From: Takakia lepidozioides
Lineage: Eukaryota > Plantae > Bryophyta
Reading direction: 5' to 3'
Assembly (NCBI GenBank): GCA_030704615.1
Contig: CM060734.1
Span: 54,808,001-54,872,000 of the forward strand
Length of the DNA: 64,000 nucleotides
Numbering within the stretch: position 1 is the stretch's first letter; each line of letters starts with the position of its first letter. The notes beneath the pieces were generated by a model. The model did no database searches. It saw only the letters and a list, made by a program, of their open reading frames with translations, and was not told where the DNA came from. Position numbers and translations under genes: made by a program. Below, piece by piece: positions 22,426-35,804 of the stretch.

Positions 22426-25400
22426 GTGAGTCTGCTGATAGTGAGTCCGATGCTGAGTTATTGGGTTTTCTGTCATATACCAGGATGAACGAACCAGTAT
22501 TCGGGAGGCCTTATGTGCTTGGCGGACGGTGAGCTCCGACCCTCCTATAGCAATGAATGCGGTGCGCTCGAAAGTGGAGCGGGTGCGGGAGTACATCTTG
22601 TTTAAGTACCCTGGCTCAGCAAACGCCATAGCAGCACTGGACTCTGCAGACAAAGCACGCGCCAACTCCCCGGTCAACACCATACTCACTGCAGACTCGG
22701 TGGATACAGACCTCACCCAATCTAGCATCCAGCAGACTCTTGCCCACCAGACTCTTTCCCACCAAACTCTTTCCCACCAGACTCACAGTCAGCACAGTCT
22801 TGTCCAGCACACTCCCATCCCATCCAGCAGACTGCTTTGCAGACTCCCAGCTAGCAGACTGCCACCCAGAAGACGCCCATCCACCACAGTGTTGTCCAGC
22901 GGACCCCCAGCCAGCAGACTCTCATTGTCACAACCACCACGGGACTTTTTGGAGTTTGGCGCTCGCCATTGCCACTCATTGATCCTGAAGCTGTGGACCA
23001 GACACTTGCCCGTTTGAGGGTGGGGGAAGTCAATGCCAATGTGGATTGGTATAATGAGCTCCATCGCATTGACACGGACGGCCAGTGGCCTTTTGTTCCC
23101 TTTCATTATTCCATGGAATTTACTATGGCAGAAACGAATGAAGTCCTCGAAAGCGCACATTCTGTTGCCCTGGCAGCCACGAAGGTCCAAAATGCCCCGC
23201 CACTGCTTGTCCAATTAATCCTCATGGATGACCCACGGCCTCAGGAACTCAGACATATGCCCATGGCACATCCTACCTTTGGGGTACGGGGAAAGCACTT
23301 GCTTGGAATTACTGAAGAGTACTTTGATTGCTAATTCTTTCCTTCACCATCGATGGATGCAGTTCGGCAATTTCCGTTCATACAGTAAATTGGTAAAGGA
23401 CCTGCAAAGTTTGAGGAAGTATTTGTTTCATTCAGATTCGGATGCGGATAAGAAGAGTGTTGTGGATGAGGTGTTGCAATGGTTTGCTGCGGTAATGGAG
23501 CGAGCAGTGTTCGATATTGTGTTGAACAGACCGGATCTGTTCAAAGTCTTTTGGTGCGGCTCCCCATTTGAAAACCGCATGCCAACGATTCGCCATCTCG
23601 ATGGAGCATGCTTGGGATGCCAAATCCAAGATATTGGTCTCATTGGCAACCTTCTAGAAGGTAATGCCAACTTATTCTCGACCGTTGTGAAGTTCATGGT
23701 CTTTTTTTCCACCATCCTGTCAGACTCACTTTGTCCAACTCATATGTTTCAGGAATGTCCGATTTAGACGAGCACGTGTAGTGTGCTTTTGATTCCCTTG
23801 CCAGAGGTGCACGAGATGTTGTGCTGGCGTTACAGGGACTCCATGACACCGTTCAACAGACTGCTGACGATGCCATTGCTCAGTAGACTGACCCAGTGCA
23901 ACAAAAAGAGCATGGACAGACTGTCAACACTATCCCAGCCACTGTTCAGGAGAGTGGGCGCACTACAGGCCACACCGAGGACGAGGAGACTCATGAGCAG
24001 ACCGGCGAGCAGACTGAAGGACTGCCTCTGCACCAGACCATGTAGCATACCGATGACGTCACTGTCAAGCAGACTGTGCAGCATACCAATGAGCAGATCG
24101 GGCTGCAGACGGATGACCTGGCTGTGCACCAGCAGACTGTGCAGCATACCATTGAGCAGACCGTCTAGCAGACTGAAAGCAGTCACCACAATGACAGTGC
24201 CCTGCAGACTGTCCAACAGATTCACGACCATACTGACTCGGAGGACCCAACTACACTTCATGTCTGGACACCAGTCCGGATCCTGGCTCGAACAGAGTCG
24301 GGCTGCACTGGCCTCAACGGGACCCTGTCTCTGAATTTCTGCGGAGTTCTATCAGTGCATTGACGGAGTCTTCTTCTCCCGCCGGGCCATCTTCACATAT
24401 TGGCGCATCGTTTGAGGATATAAGCCGGGCACCGGTAAACCATTCTTCTCCAGTGGCCCATGGCCTGCCATCTATTTCCATTCAGCTCAGCCCGGTTTTG
24501 GTTCGTTCGCTTGCGAAAGCTCTAGATGATTCTTACGTGACCAACCGCAATATGGGAATTCAACCCCGTATCATTGACCTTACTGAAGAACTAGATGATG
24601 TAGTTGCCGCGGATAATTTAGATGTCGGCGGTAGTCAAGCTTTTTCTGCATCAGACCCTTAAGACACCTGAGAAAGCAGTATCCTCATAGATATCCATCT
24701 GGGCCCAAGATTAGAGGTGCACCATAGGACGCATTTGTCATGTAAGCATGCTTTTGAGCATTTGCAACGGCTCCTTGGCTCCTTGATGCTCTCTAAGACA
24801 AGACTAAGCACTCCACAGCCCTTGCCAAGCTCCTGAAACCCTAAGGCTTACATTTCCAGCCACAAGACACTCCTCTTGAGGTGCAAGAACTTTTCTTCCA
24901 AGCTCTGAAACCCTAGGTGCACATTCCATGGCTTTGCCGCACCTCTTAGCTCCTGTTCCAGCCCCGCTCTTGCCATGGCAAGAGCCCTCATACCGCTGGA
25001 GTTTCAGATTGAAACCCCCAACTCAACATAGCCACAAATGCATTGGCTTGAATACAAGAAAAATCAGCCATCTCTCTTCACTCATACCTCCTTATGAGCT
25101 TGAAGTTGGAGCTCCCGATAACTATGACTTACATCTAACACCCTCGTAGCTCCACATTGCTGCAGCTCCTTAACTTGGCCTGCAGCTGAAGAAGACGACC
25201 ACCAGTTCACCCACTCGAGACCAGCATCTCCCCCGCTTCACACTAGAAGCCCAAACTTGGTTGCCATAGCGTTGAGCTATGCAACGCCGCTCTTCAACAT
25301 AGGCTACCCGCCTCTCTATCCATTGCAAACCTGCAACCTGTTCGTCTTTGCACTCTATCCACTTTGGATAGGCTCATGCACGGATCCCTGCACTCTAGGC

Positions 25401-27040
25401 TAAACCGCTTCTCATGAAGACACAAGTGCTACAAAACAACTCGAACCTGGCACTCACAGACTCGAGCTGATCTTTCTCGAGTGATAAAGAAGAAGAATAC
25501 AAGCACGAGCACACAAATCTGAAGCATAAACTCATGCATATATAACCTCATCACTCAAATACAAGTCAAGCCAAGTGCACCCCACGCCATGGGGAATCCA
25601 CACTACGGCGCCATAGCTAGGCGCGGTGAGGCTCAACTCGAGAAAGATGAGCCTCCCGCGCTTGCCGTGAAGATAACCACTCCAGGGCCTAAATCTGCCT
25701 TGACCCATGGATTGACACTTGGGCCAATCCCAAATGTCAATATGTAAAAACTAGCTATTTCCTAGCTAGTTTCACACTAGCGGTAAAATAACTTGACATC
25801 CCCAAAACTTTTCGGAGGCTTCAAGAACATCACATGCAATATCCGAAACTCGGATTTGGAAGGAAGGAGGTGTTCTTGGGGCAATCGAAGCCCTTGAATA
25901 TGCACATGAATCATCGTCGTGGTAGCTAGTTGCATCTTAGTTCTTCACTTGAGTCATGCCCTTCAGAATGGAAATTTCTAGGGCCAAAACTCATACACAT
26001 ACAGAAATTGTCCTCAGTCAGTTTTGTGTCTGTAGGGCAAGGGCACATAGGGACTGGCTTGCCCATCATGCTTCACGTCATTTGTGGTAGGATGAGTCAC
26101 GGGTATAGACATGTTTGTTTCCTCTTGATCTTATTTTGCTCTCGACTTGCCTACAACTTCTTTGAGATGCATGCAATGTATATAACTAGAAATTAATTAC
26201 AGTAACTTTTCAACTTGCTCGAGCTTGTACTTGGCTTCACCAACTGTATGTATCTTTAGTAAGATGCCGTGGAACGTGTACATGTGGCGTCAGTGACAGG
26301 GGTATCAGCGGAAGGCTTAGTTTGGATTGACGGAAGAGGATCATGAGCATCATTAAATGTGTTAAGTGAATTGAAGCACACTCTGATTTGGATCCAACAT
26401 CGGAAAAGCAACAAAAGTATTTTAATCCATCATGTGTTGGTTTTTTCAACATCACCACCAACAATAGTCATGATCTGGAATGTGGTTTTAACTATTTATT
26501 AGGGATCTCCATTATGGTGTGTAATAAGAAACGGGCAAAGCCACCACACTCGATGCTTCACCTTAATGCATTGGGTTTATTAACCAAGGTGTAGTCACAA
26601 TCTTTTTGTTCAATTGTCATGTAACAATCAAACATGGATGATAACCTATTGTTATCAACCCGGGGCCGGGGTTTAAAAGAAAATCCTCAACCATTTTTGA
26701 AGTGCGCCCTATCCATGTAAAATTTCTACAAACTTATCAAAGTCATGAGGACTACTACTTAACTACATCAAAATATTATCTAATCACTAACTAATACTAA
26801 TACCCTAATTGTAATTGTTAAACCTCATTTCACCATCTTTATTCGGAGTTATTTATTTATTTTTATTTTCAAACCTCATCTTGTGTATATATCTGAAAGG
26901 AAGGACAGTCACTGGCACTCATTTAGAATTCATTCATAAATTTTAGAAATATTACAAAAGTTTGTACATCGTGTGAGGGGGACAATTCCTGTTTGGGAAG
27001 CCTTAAATTTAACAAAGTAAAAATTAGGTCAGGTTCTTAC

Positions 27041-30000
27041 CAGTGTTGGTCTGGTGTTAGAAAGTGCCTCTGGTATCAACCTTGGTATCAATACTGGTAT
27101 TAGGATGGCCCGATACTCGGGCTGATACCCGGATATAGATGATCTGGGATTTGGAATTAAGGGCGCCGACCCGACCAATCTAGTATAACCGCTTAAGGAT
27201 CATTGTTGATACTGGCTCCAAATGTTCAGCACTCCTTGCTCATCTGGTATCAATGCTCGCTTTGCTACTATGAGATTTTGCAATCTTTTCTGCATGATGG
27301 CGGCCATTTCTCAGCATAGAATAGGTGATTTGTTGGGCGCTCATTCAATATCTTCAATGTGGTGCCGCCATCATTCATCACTGTGGGTGAAGAACCACGA
27401 AGGCAATCCCCATAGTATGTTACCCTTGATTGTTTGGGCCTAGTGCAGATTTCGGCAACACATTTCCTCCTGGTCCTTTTTTGGTTCAATCTATGTGTTT
27501 TTGCCATCAAGATGCTTGTCTATGTGGTTGTTGTGGTCCTGATATAGTGATTAGTATCATTATTCTAGGGGTCTCTCACTGTCGTAGTGACAATTGCATG
27601 TGTCGAGATTGAAAGTGCTGTTGGTTGAACGTTCTTCTTGGGCTATCGATCTGGATTCTGAAGCCATGGACTTTAGTATTCACCATGTTGATGCTGACAT
27701 AACTGATGGGGAGACGGAGGAGGTTACTAGGTGTGACCAACGATTCTATGCAGCAAGGCACAAATATTGTGGACCAGCCTGGGATCACGGACGAGGCGAA
27801 TGAAGAAGCAACTATGGAGCAGGGAGCGTTCTGGAGCCAACAGTACACGGACCTGCAAAAGAACCGGAAATTTTGGCATCCACACAACTGCACAATACCT
27901 GCTCGGGCGTTCTTCGTCTTGAACGATTCATCTGCTGCAGTACAGATCACAACAACTCAAACTTTGAGGTGCATCATGTGTCACCCCTTGGGGCAGGCTA
28001 CCTCGAGTAGCAACATCACAACGAAGTCTAGGAAATGTATTGTTTCTTACAATCCCTCACACGGCATCACGAGCATGAAGAAGCATGTGAGTAATGAACA
28101 TGGTGCTGCTTTGACACATTACAAGGAGCAGAAGAAGGCGGAAAAAAAAGTGGAGGTGGTCGGCGGAGAGGGAAGAAGAGAAAAACAGTTCCTCCCACTA
28201 CCATCACACAGTTTTTTTCTTCCCCTAACCCTTACAAGTCCACAGATTTAGGTCAGCAACGTTTCATAGAAGACCGAGTCTTGTTCATCGCTAAAGGATA
28301 CCTGCCAATGTCTTTAGTTGAGAATCCATGGCTGCGGCGCCTAGTTATGAGACAATGTGATAGAATTAGATTTCCAAGTAGAAAACAATTGTGCAAAAGC
28401 ACATCCCTGCTATGTACAGGAAGGTGACGGAACAATTTGTCCTCCCTTCGATTGCTTCGTGTGCCACAGCTTCTGCTAGCTTTGACCTTTGGATGAGCAG
28501 AACATGGTTTGACACCTTTGCATTTGTCATAAACTTCATATCAACGATGACTGGGTGTCATGTCATGTTACAGTGGGGCTGTTTAAAGCACCTGACACCT
28601 CAAGTGCTGCCTTGGCCGAACAAGTTAAGGCCATGTTGGCTCAATATAAATTGACTAACAAGATCATTGCCTATGTGAAGGACGAGGGCACAAATCTGAG
28701 CACTTTGGCTACTGCACTCAAGACTGTGGTCGCTTGTGCGCCACTTCAACTTGGAGCTCCATTCATGTACCTGTTTTTGGGCATCTGATGAGTAAGACAT
28801 GTCAGTATGCGACTAATGATAAGGAGGTGGGTGCTGACATGAAGGAGGTTAGCTTATCGGAGGCGCAGAGTGCCTTGCAGAAGACCATCACATGGACCAA
28901 AAAGTCTGGCAAGGGGCGTCAGGAGTGGGATCTTGCTTGCAGGGAAGCCGGTTTGCGACCAATGAACTTAAAACACCTGTAAAAACACGCTTAGCTTCGA
29001 AGGTGGTGTTGTTCCAGGAAACCTTAGAGACAGTCGGCAAACATCCAGATTGCAGACCCGAATGCCATCAGGATCGACGTAGACAATTGCAAAAGCTGTC
29101 TCTGAAACCCTAGGCTCTGTGGTGAAATAGTGGATTTTGAACCAAACTCGTGGGTATTGGCTCTTGTCGGATGCATTGTTTGCAGCTTTTACCATCAGTA
29201 TTCGTCTGCATAAGGAGTACACAGTTAGAGCATCCTTGAATCCTCCTCTTCTATGTGGAGAATTTGACCATGAAAGTTTATATGCTAGGATGGGGTTTGC
29301 TGTTATAAAAGTCTTGGAGGCCTCGTTGGAGGAAACAAGTCTATCCTTGGTGAAAATTGAGTTATCTTTATATCGTCGAATCCATGTGAATGCGAATGAT
29401 ATAAAATGTCCTTTGACATGGTGAAAGAACCACGATAAGCGTTTTCCGCATATTGCATTTCTGGCTCAACAATTTTTGGGTATTCCAGGGTCTCAGATTG
29501 AAACTGAAAGGATTTTCAGTGTTGCTGGCATCTTGACTAGTTTGCGGCGTTGTAGGCTAGGAGTGCAGAATCTGGACAAGCTGGTGATGATCATGAAGAA
29601 TTGACCATCGGATGCTAGGACGGCTTGTCTTCTTGCAGCTGAGGGGATGGAGGAGTTCTTTTATACCGAGGACGAGCTACTTGATGACTACCAGGATTGA
29701 TGAGCTACAGGAGGCTGGTTACTTCGAAGATGAGGCAAAGAAGTAAAATCAGCAACTTAGTATTTGCAGCTCATGACTTTGCTTGCATGCACCTCTTAGT
29801 TCATGATGTAACAATACTTTGGACTTAAGGTTTTATGTGGCCTTTGACTTCATTTCAACAACATAAGACTTCACATTGTTCATCTCAAAGACTGCCAAGC
29901 ATGTGGTTTGCCCCTTAATATTAGTCACCAGGTTTCGATGGCTTCACTGACACTATGTACTTGAGATGGAGAGCAGTATTCAGGGAAGCCGAGGCTGGGA

Positions 30001-30431
30001 AGTCAATGTAGGCCTTGCCCCCGATCCTGCAAATTATCCTCCTCGAGCCTAAATTTTAAGGGAATTTGGCATCAATTGATGCTATGCAAAGAAGCTCGTG
30101 AGAATATTTGGCAGGCTATGGCCACTAGTTTGATTTCTACAGTACCCAAGCTTCACCTGCGTGCTCCCCTGTTGATCTCTAATTTTTCCATGAACTTTCA
30201 CCTTTCTAGATACCAGCTGGGGTCAGTATATATACCAGCTAGTATTAATTAATCATTACTTAGATTGATACTAATGCATAACCAACTCAGAAAACTGTTA
30301 TTATGGATACCAGGCTGGTGTCTAAATTGAGGCAGGCCCTTGGTACCAGTTTTTCTTTGGTATCTCACTTTTAGGCACCCATATACCAGGACCAGCCTAG
30401 TATCACAAAACTCAATACCAGACCAACACTG
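27041..30431 (+). mobile_element. hAT DNA transposon
   Basis: Perfect 15-bp TIR CAGTGTTGGTCTGGT (27041-27055 and 30417-30431), 8-bp TSD GTTCTTAC/CTTCTTAC (7/8), subterminal GGTATC/ATACCAG repeats. Confidence 0.93.
27706..29746 (+). pseudogene. Disrupted hAT transposase with BED finger and C-terminal dimerisation domain
   Basis: CIMCH...GITSMKKHVSNEH, SFDLWMSR, KDEGTNL, PVKTR and RFPHIAFLAQQFLGIPGSQIETERIFSVAG, with several stops and frameshifts. Confidence 0.88.
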
Positions 30432-30765
30432 CTTCTTACGTTAACAACTTTCACATGCATAAGACGGATTCAAACCATGCATCAAGTATATTTGCACCAC
30501 TTGATGACTAACCAAATACAACTTTGAATTACCTAATCCTAATACATAGGTATGGTGCCTACACTTGGGGGTGGAGTTTGTGCCTTTCCTGGAGAGTAAC
30601 AAATGAATTAGTGCAAGACATTCGTACATGGAATATTTTATCTACACTTGAAGATGAAATATTGAAACATGATGTACTTCATGGCCGGGTTCTATTAATT
30701 TATAAATTCTTCCTCAATTAGTAAAAAGAATGAAATTGGTGGATATTATGACAATACTTGGTAGG

Positions 30766-31050
30766 TAGCGTTTTTTTTATTGGCGAATATGAGCCAGATT
30801 TCGACCTCAAAAAATAAAATGGAATATTATGTCACAAATTTCGTGTTTTTTGATGGATGAAATCGCCAAATTTCTCCAAATAAAACATAAATTATGGATA
30901 AATTTGCCAAATATGAATGATATAAATGGATTAAAGTACAAAGATGGATGACTCTATCCTAATTTCAATGGATGAACATAATGCACATCTATTTTTTGCA
31001 AAACATTGTAGCCACTCGTGCTATTTTCAAATTTCTTAAAAAAAACGCTG
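30766..31050. mobile_element. MITE-like element; a related partial copy ends at 33781
   Basis: Termini TAGCGTTTTTTTT and AAAAAAAACGCTG, internal GGCGAA/TCGCC motifs, similar flanks ATACTTGGTAGG and ATACTAGGTAGT. Confidence 0.55.
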
Positions 31051-31213
31051 ATACTAGGTAGTGTAGATATTATTACGGGAGAGGTTGACCGGATGGTTGC
31101 CCATCCAAATCATTTTTGTTTGCTTCCAAACTTTGCCAATCTGTTTGAGACACCCTCTCACTATAATGTTGGCCCAAGTGTCCAGTGTCATCTAAGCCCC
31201 AATCTCCTATATA

Positions 31214-31383
31214 CAGTCTACCCTCCGTAAATGTTCCCTCCATATTTGTTAACCCTCTTTATCTGTTATCTTTTTTTTATTCCCAAAGATTTTACAAAGC
31301 AAGTGTTAGGTGTTATGTGTTATGATATTTTTTACTCCCTCCTTTACTAAATGGCCCTCGATAAGTGTTAATTTTTTTCAAAC

Positions 31384-31434
<51 letters not shown>

Positions 31435-32072
31435 AGACTAGTACTTAGTTTAAGGTCATGACATATATCAAACATGTCAGCTTTTAATTGAACTTAACAT
31501 GGGATTATTCAAATTTTTTACTTCCACTAAATTGGGACAATTAAAACAGTCAGCTACTGAAACAAATTTTACTAACATGAGCAGCTGTTTAATTTCACTA
31601 AAATGTGATCATTGAAACAGTCAACTAATGAAATGGACTTTCATTAATATAAGCAATTTTTTGTGACAGCTTGATGGAGGTTGACGTTCCTTGTGTGCCT
31701 TATTCAATTGTTCGAGAGGCTTCAGCCAATATTCATAGTTTTTTAGAGCAACAGGATGAAGATGTCACCAAGGTGATAAAAAAATGCCGATCCTTGGATA
31801 AGGATATCACTAAGTTGCATGTACAAGACTATTGACAATCCACATTGGATTGGATTCCTACTTTGTTGTTGATGACCCTATGTAATACATATAGTCATTT
31901 TTTTTTCCCATAAGTGTTACATTGCAGTTTTCAAGCTCTCTATAAGTGTTCATTGTTTAAGTGTAATTTTTGAAATATCATTGATTTTTGAGATATCTGT
32001 TACGATGTTAAATATCTATATGTGTTACATTTCCTCTACTCCCGAGGTGTAACACATATAGAGGGTAGACTG
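31214..32072 (+). mobile_element. Non-autonomous Tigger/pogo-like deletion derivative
   Basis: TIRs CAGTCTACCCTC and GAGGGTAGACTG with TA flanks. An internal remnant (VPYSIVREASANIHSFLEQQ...QSTLD) resembles a Tigger transposase C-terminus. It interrupts the AAGCCCAAGTG repeat array. Confidence 0.85.
31384..31434. repeat. Compound (TA)n(TG)n microsatellite
   Basis: Directly visible. Confidence 0.95.
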
Positions 32073-32106
32073 TAGCGTCTCGTATGTCGAGGCCTAAGTG
32101 CGGCCT

Positions 32107-32805
32107 CTAGGGTAGCCCGTGTCGTTGGCCCATGTGTGAAGAATTGAAATCTAAGACCAAGTGCAATTTCCTATATATCCAAGTGCGTCTCCTATGTCGA
32201 AGCCCATCTAAGCCCAAGTGCAATCTTCTATGTATCCAAGTGCATCTTCCATATAGAGGCCCAAGTGTCCACTGTCATCTAAGCCCAAGTGCAATCTCCT
32301 ATGTATCCGAGTGTGTCTCCTATGTATCCAAGGGCATGTCCCATGTGCGTCTCCCATGTCAAGGCCCAATTTTTTTTTCCATGAATTTATTGAGTAGTAC
32401 AATATATCCAATCATTATTGATATATCTCCCATCTCTAGGGTAGCCTATGCCCGTGGCCCAAGTGTCCAATGTCATCTAAGTCCAAATGCATGTTTTTCC
32501 ACAGAGCCTAGGACCACATTTGAACCGGAGACCTTTCCTTTGACATCTCTCATGTCGAGGCTCCAACCATTGTCCCAGGATTGCCCATTTTGCTATTTTT
32601 CGTGAATTTCCAGCAACCAAAAGTATTTGGAATTAATTCCACATCTCCCACACCGTAGGTCCAAAAATTATGAGGCCACGCCCGTGCACCCCTCCTCATT
32701 GAGGGCTTTCCAACGGTACCAAGCACCAGGGGCCTCGCGGTTTGGGACATCTCAACGTGACAAGACAAAACAAAACAAAACAAACTGGCTTCCTTCATAT
32801 ATTGA
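32107..32805 (-). mobile_element. Non-autonomous Helitron-like element with two 3' ends and internal short tandem repeats
   Basis: Minus strand starts A|TC-AATATAT at 32805. GC-rich 3' motifs ending GGCTACCCTAG occur at 32436 and 32107. The base after CTAG is A rather than the canonical T. Confidence 0.45.
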
Positions 32806-32860
32806 TATCTGATACCAATACGAATCTCGAGGAACAAGTTGTTGGTGGCGATGTTGCGCC

Positions 32861-32965
32861 TCACCACCTTCCACCTATTCTACACATTCAATCAAGGTTG
32901 TCACCGGAAAGCTATAAGTTAGTAAAGGTGCATGGGGTCTTACCATCTAGCCGTTAGTACTCCAC
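32861..32965 (-). pseudogene. rrn26: Fragment of mitochondrial-type LSU (26S) rRNA domain V (NUMT)
   Basis: Minus strand reads GGAGTACTAACGGCTAGATGGTAAGACCCCATGCACCTTTACT...ATAGCTT...GTGACAACCTTGATTGAATGTGTAGAATAGGTGGAAGGTGGTG, matching the conserved peptidyl-transferase region as recalled for plant mitochondria. Confidence 0.8.
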
Positions 32966-35804
32966 AAATGACTATTTAGTAACACAATGATACAAGTTAC
33001 AAACATTGGCAGAGCTAGGTAATGGATCGTTCCACGAAAGTGTAAGGAAAGTCTAAGCACTGGGCAACGTTTTTTTTTTTTTTTTCATTTAAGAACTTGA
33101 GCCACGTTGGCTCCTGGCTGGCCTATGAGGAAGATCAATTGGCGACTTTGTGGCATGTGATCTCGAACCGGTGGCTACTGTCAAGAATGTTTGATGAGTT
33201 TTATGCAAACTCAACTCATGTAGTGTTCGGTTTATGGGAGCAACAAGGGAGGTAATTTTTTCTAAGTAACAACGACACTGCATATTGCAAAGCCTAGCAC
33301 AACTCTGGCACATGGATACAATCCATTGACAAATATGACTAATCTTGTCTAAGATCAGCAACTCTGCTCAAAGCCTCATGTGCCAGTGCAAGAGGCGGTG
33401 CAAGTCCGCTTAAATGGAGGTGCATGACACAAATACTAGGCGGGTAAGCGAAATCTAAATGAGAGTTCCCTCCATAGCTCGACCCCTTGGGAAAAGCGGG
33501 AAGAGTTTGAACCCAAGGCTTTGCTCCTTGCGCTGGCAGGGTGGTAGGATTTCTAGAAATCGATAGGCAAGATCATCTGGATCTATCGAACCCAAATGGC
33601 ATGAGGCTCTTTCCCTGTGCGACAGTCGTATAGGCGATGTCCTCATTGCAGCGACATGATGGCATTAGGGAGGGCAGTAATGCGAAACAGTGCCATATTT
33701 TAACATAATTTGTTTGTAAATTTCGTGAGGCCAATTTCTGGATCGAAAAGTGGCGAAATTTCGTGCATAAAAAAACGCTGGCAGTGGGTGATCTTCCAGA
33801 TTATGTTAATCAATTTTTACAAAAGATTCATAATTACAATAGGGCAGGACTTCCATGCATTTGTTCTCTTCTATTTGTTTTTCTTATATATTTGTTATTA
33901 AAAAACAAACCATTAGGTCGCTTGTACAAGCCTCTATGGCTTATGGAGGCTTCTTCTTTATTTTCCAGGGCCATCATCCCCTATTTTATCTAAGAAAAAT
34001 AGAAAAACCAAAGAGACAGGGAACATAGGCCTTTTGACTCCTAAGTTTCTCTTCCTCACTTTGTTTGAGCTTCCGTTCCCTTCAGAAAGAAGAAAGATGT
34101 TGGGAACGGACATCGTCTGGCTCGTGCAAAAGTCGCCACCTTTTCCGCCCAACAGAAGACTCATTCATCCACACTGCTCAGTTTAACGGATGAAACACAC
34201 CATCGCAGACGAAAATAGTTTTGAAGGATGAGAAATAAAGCTTGGAGCCCGAAAGTTCAGGGGTTCACCCTCGACTTAAGGCCCCCAACCCTCCCAATGA
34301 AGTCCGTCCATTGGATGCACAATTGTTCATTCCTTAACATAGTTCATCTATATACCATGACTGCTTATGGATGACGGGAACTTGTCATCCATCCATCTCG
34401 CCTTTCTGCGAAGGATGGGCAGGCATGGAAAGGTTCAGTGCTGCCCGAAACTCCCCCTCAGAGGTGGCGGCTATCTCCAAGACAGCCCCCTTGCGCTCGT
34501 GTGCGCGATCGATGCTTCTCAGTGTCGATGAGGCTCCGATCTTCCGTGCATTAGCGGCGGCTTCGGATTGCCTTCCATACCATCTGTGCGTCTCTTTATT
34601 TTCCTGCATTTTGATCGCTTCTGTGGGCTCTTATCGCTTCTGTGACTGGTAAGGTGTTGCGGGATCTCCTGTCATTCACTTTTTGTGGTTGCAACGTCTT
34701 GTCGGTCTTGCCAGCTCATTATGTTTCTCGTTTTCTTCATTGTTCATTTTGGTGTTAGCTGTTGTTGCTTTGCTGCATGTCCTACGCAGCCTACGCGTCT
34801 TTTGGGGTTTACTCTGGGGTTTCTTGGGGTTAGCGCGGTGTGATTAGTTATTCCTTAGGAAATTTTCGTCCCAGAATCTCGGTGGTTAGAGAATTGAACA
34901 GTAGCTAGAAGCATCACATTTGATTTGCGCGTTTTTCCCACGAATCTTGTCGCCTAATTTTCCTTTCAAATGGCTTTTAGCAGGAAGAAGTAGGCTCTTC
35001 CGATCTGCAGAAGAAGGTGCTTCAGAAGGGGGCAGGGGAATCATGGACATGCAAGGCAGTGCCTTACTTGAGTTCGGCATGTGACATTCGAATGCCCTAT
35101 CACTGCTCTTCATATGGGTGATTTGGTCTGTTCATGCTGACGAATCGCCTTGGCATCTGGCCACTATTGTTTCCGTGGAGGCTTCAGGACATTTCTATCT
35201 ATGACTGTCGACTAGTCAAGTGAAGAGTTCTGGGGCGTTGGTGGTTTGTATGCGGTAACTGAAAAGCCCTGGCCTTTTAAAAGGATCCAAGGTTGTAGTG
35301 GAAGGCATTTTTGTTGAAGGGAAGGACAATGCCTTTAATGACGAACTAGGGTTTTACATCGCATATATCTTTTGAGGAGAAAATAGCTGCAAATACCGAT
35401 CTTTGAAGGCCGAATCGCCCCTGATGTCCTAATAATCTTCCACCACACGAGCTTTATCGGTACTTGATTGCTAGTCAAAATCCAGTTGGTGGAGTTAGCC
35501 AAGCAGTGGTTTCTATTGTACTTTAATAACAGGAGGGGTATCCGCGAGTAGTCCCAATTATTTCATGATTCTGTACATGGTTAGAGTACATTACTCTTAC
35601 TATGCAGGTACAGCAGCAATTTGATTTTGCATATTTATCTCGTTTCTGAGAGGACAAAGACCCAAAGTTGTGTCTCACGTGTATTGAAACACATTTAGAG
35701 TTGGTTTTTCTTCAGCAGCATCGAAGCGACTCTGATTCTACCTTTTCTGCCTTTTCCTCGTCTTTCGACATTTTCACCTATTTCTCTTTCAGTCTTAGAC
35801 ATCG

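Larger units (their letters stand above)
14770..24660 (+). mobile_element. Large GC-rich Mutator-like element with transposase, cargo ORF remnants and internal repeats; boundaries approximate
   Basis: Abrupt GC rise at ~14770, MULE-SWIM transposase, and a shared AGTCYG/CAGACT motif throughout. No matching right TIR was found. Confidence 0.55.

Noticed and set aside
24661-25900. Possible LTR retrotransposon fragment
   Set aside because: Composition is LTR/leader-like, but I found no paired LTR, PBS, PPT or gag/pol motif.
26220-26670. Stop-riddled Cys-containing minus-strand frame
   Set aside because: Too decayed to assign a family.
32808-32818. TCTGATACCA resembling a tRNA-Met primer-binding site
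   Set aside because: No adjacent LTR end or retroelement ORF.
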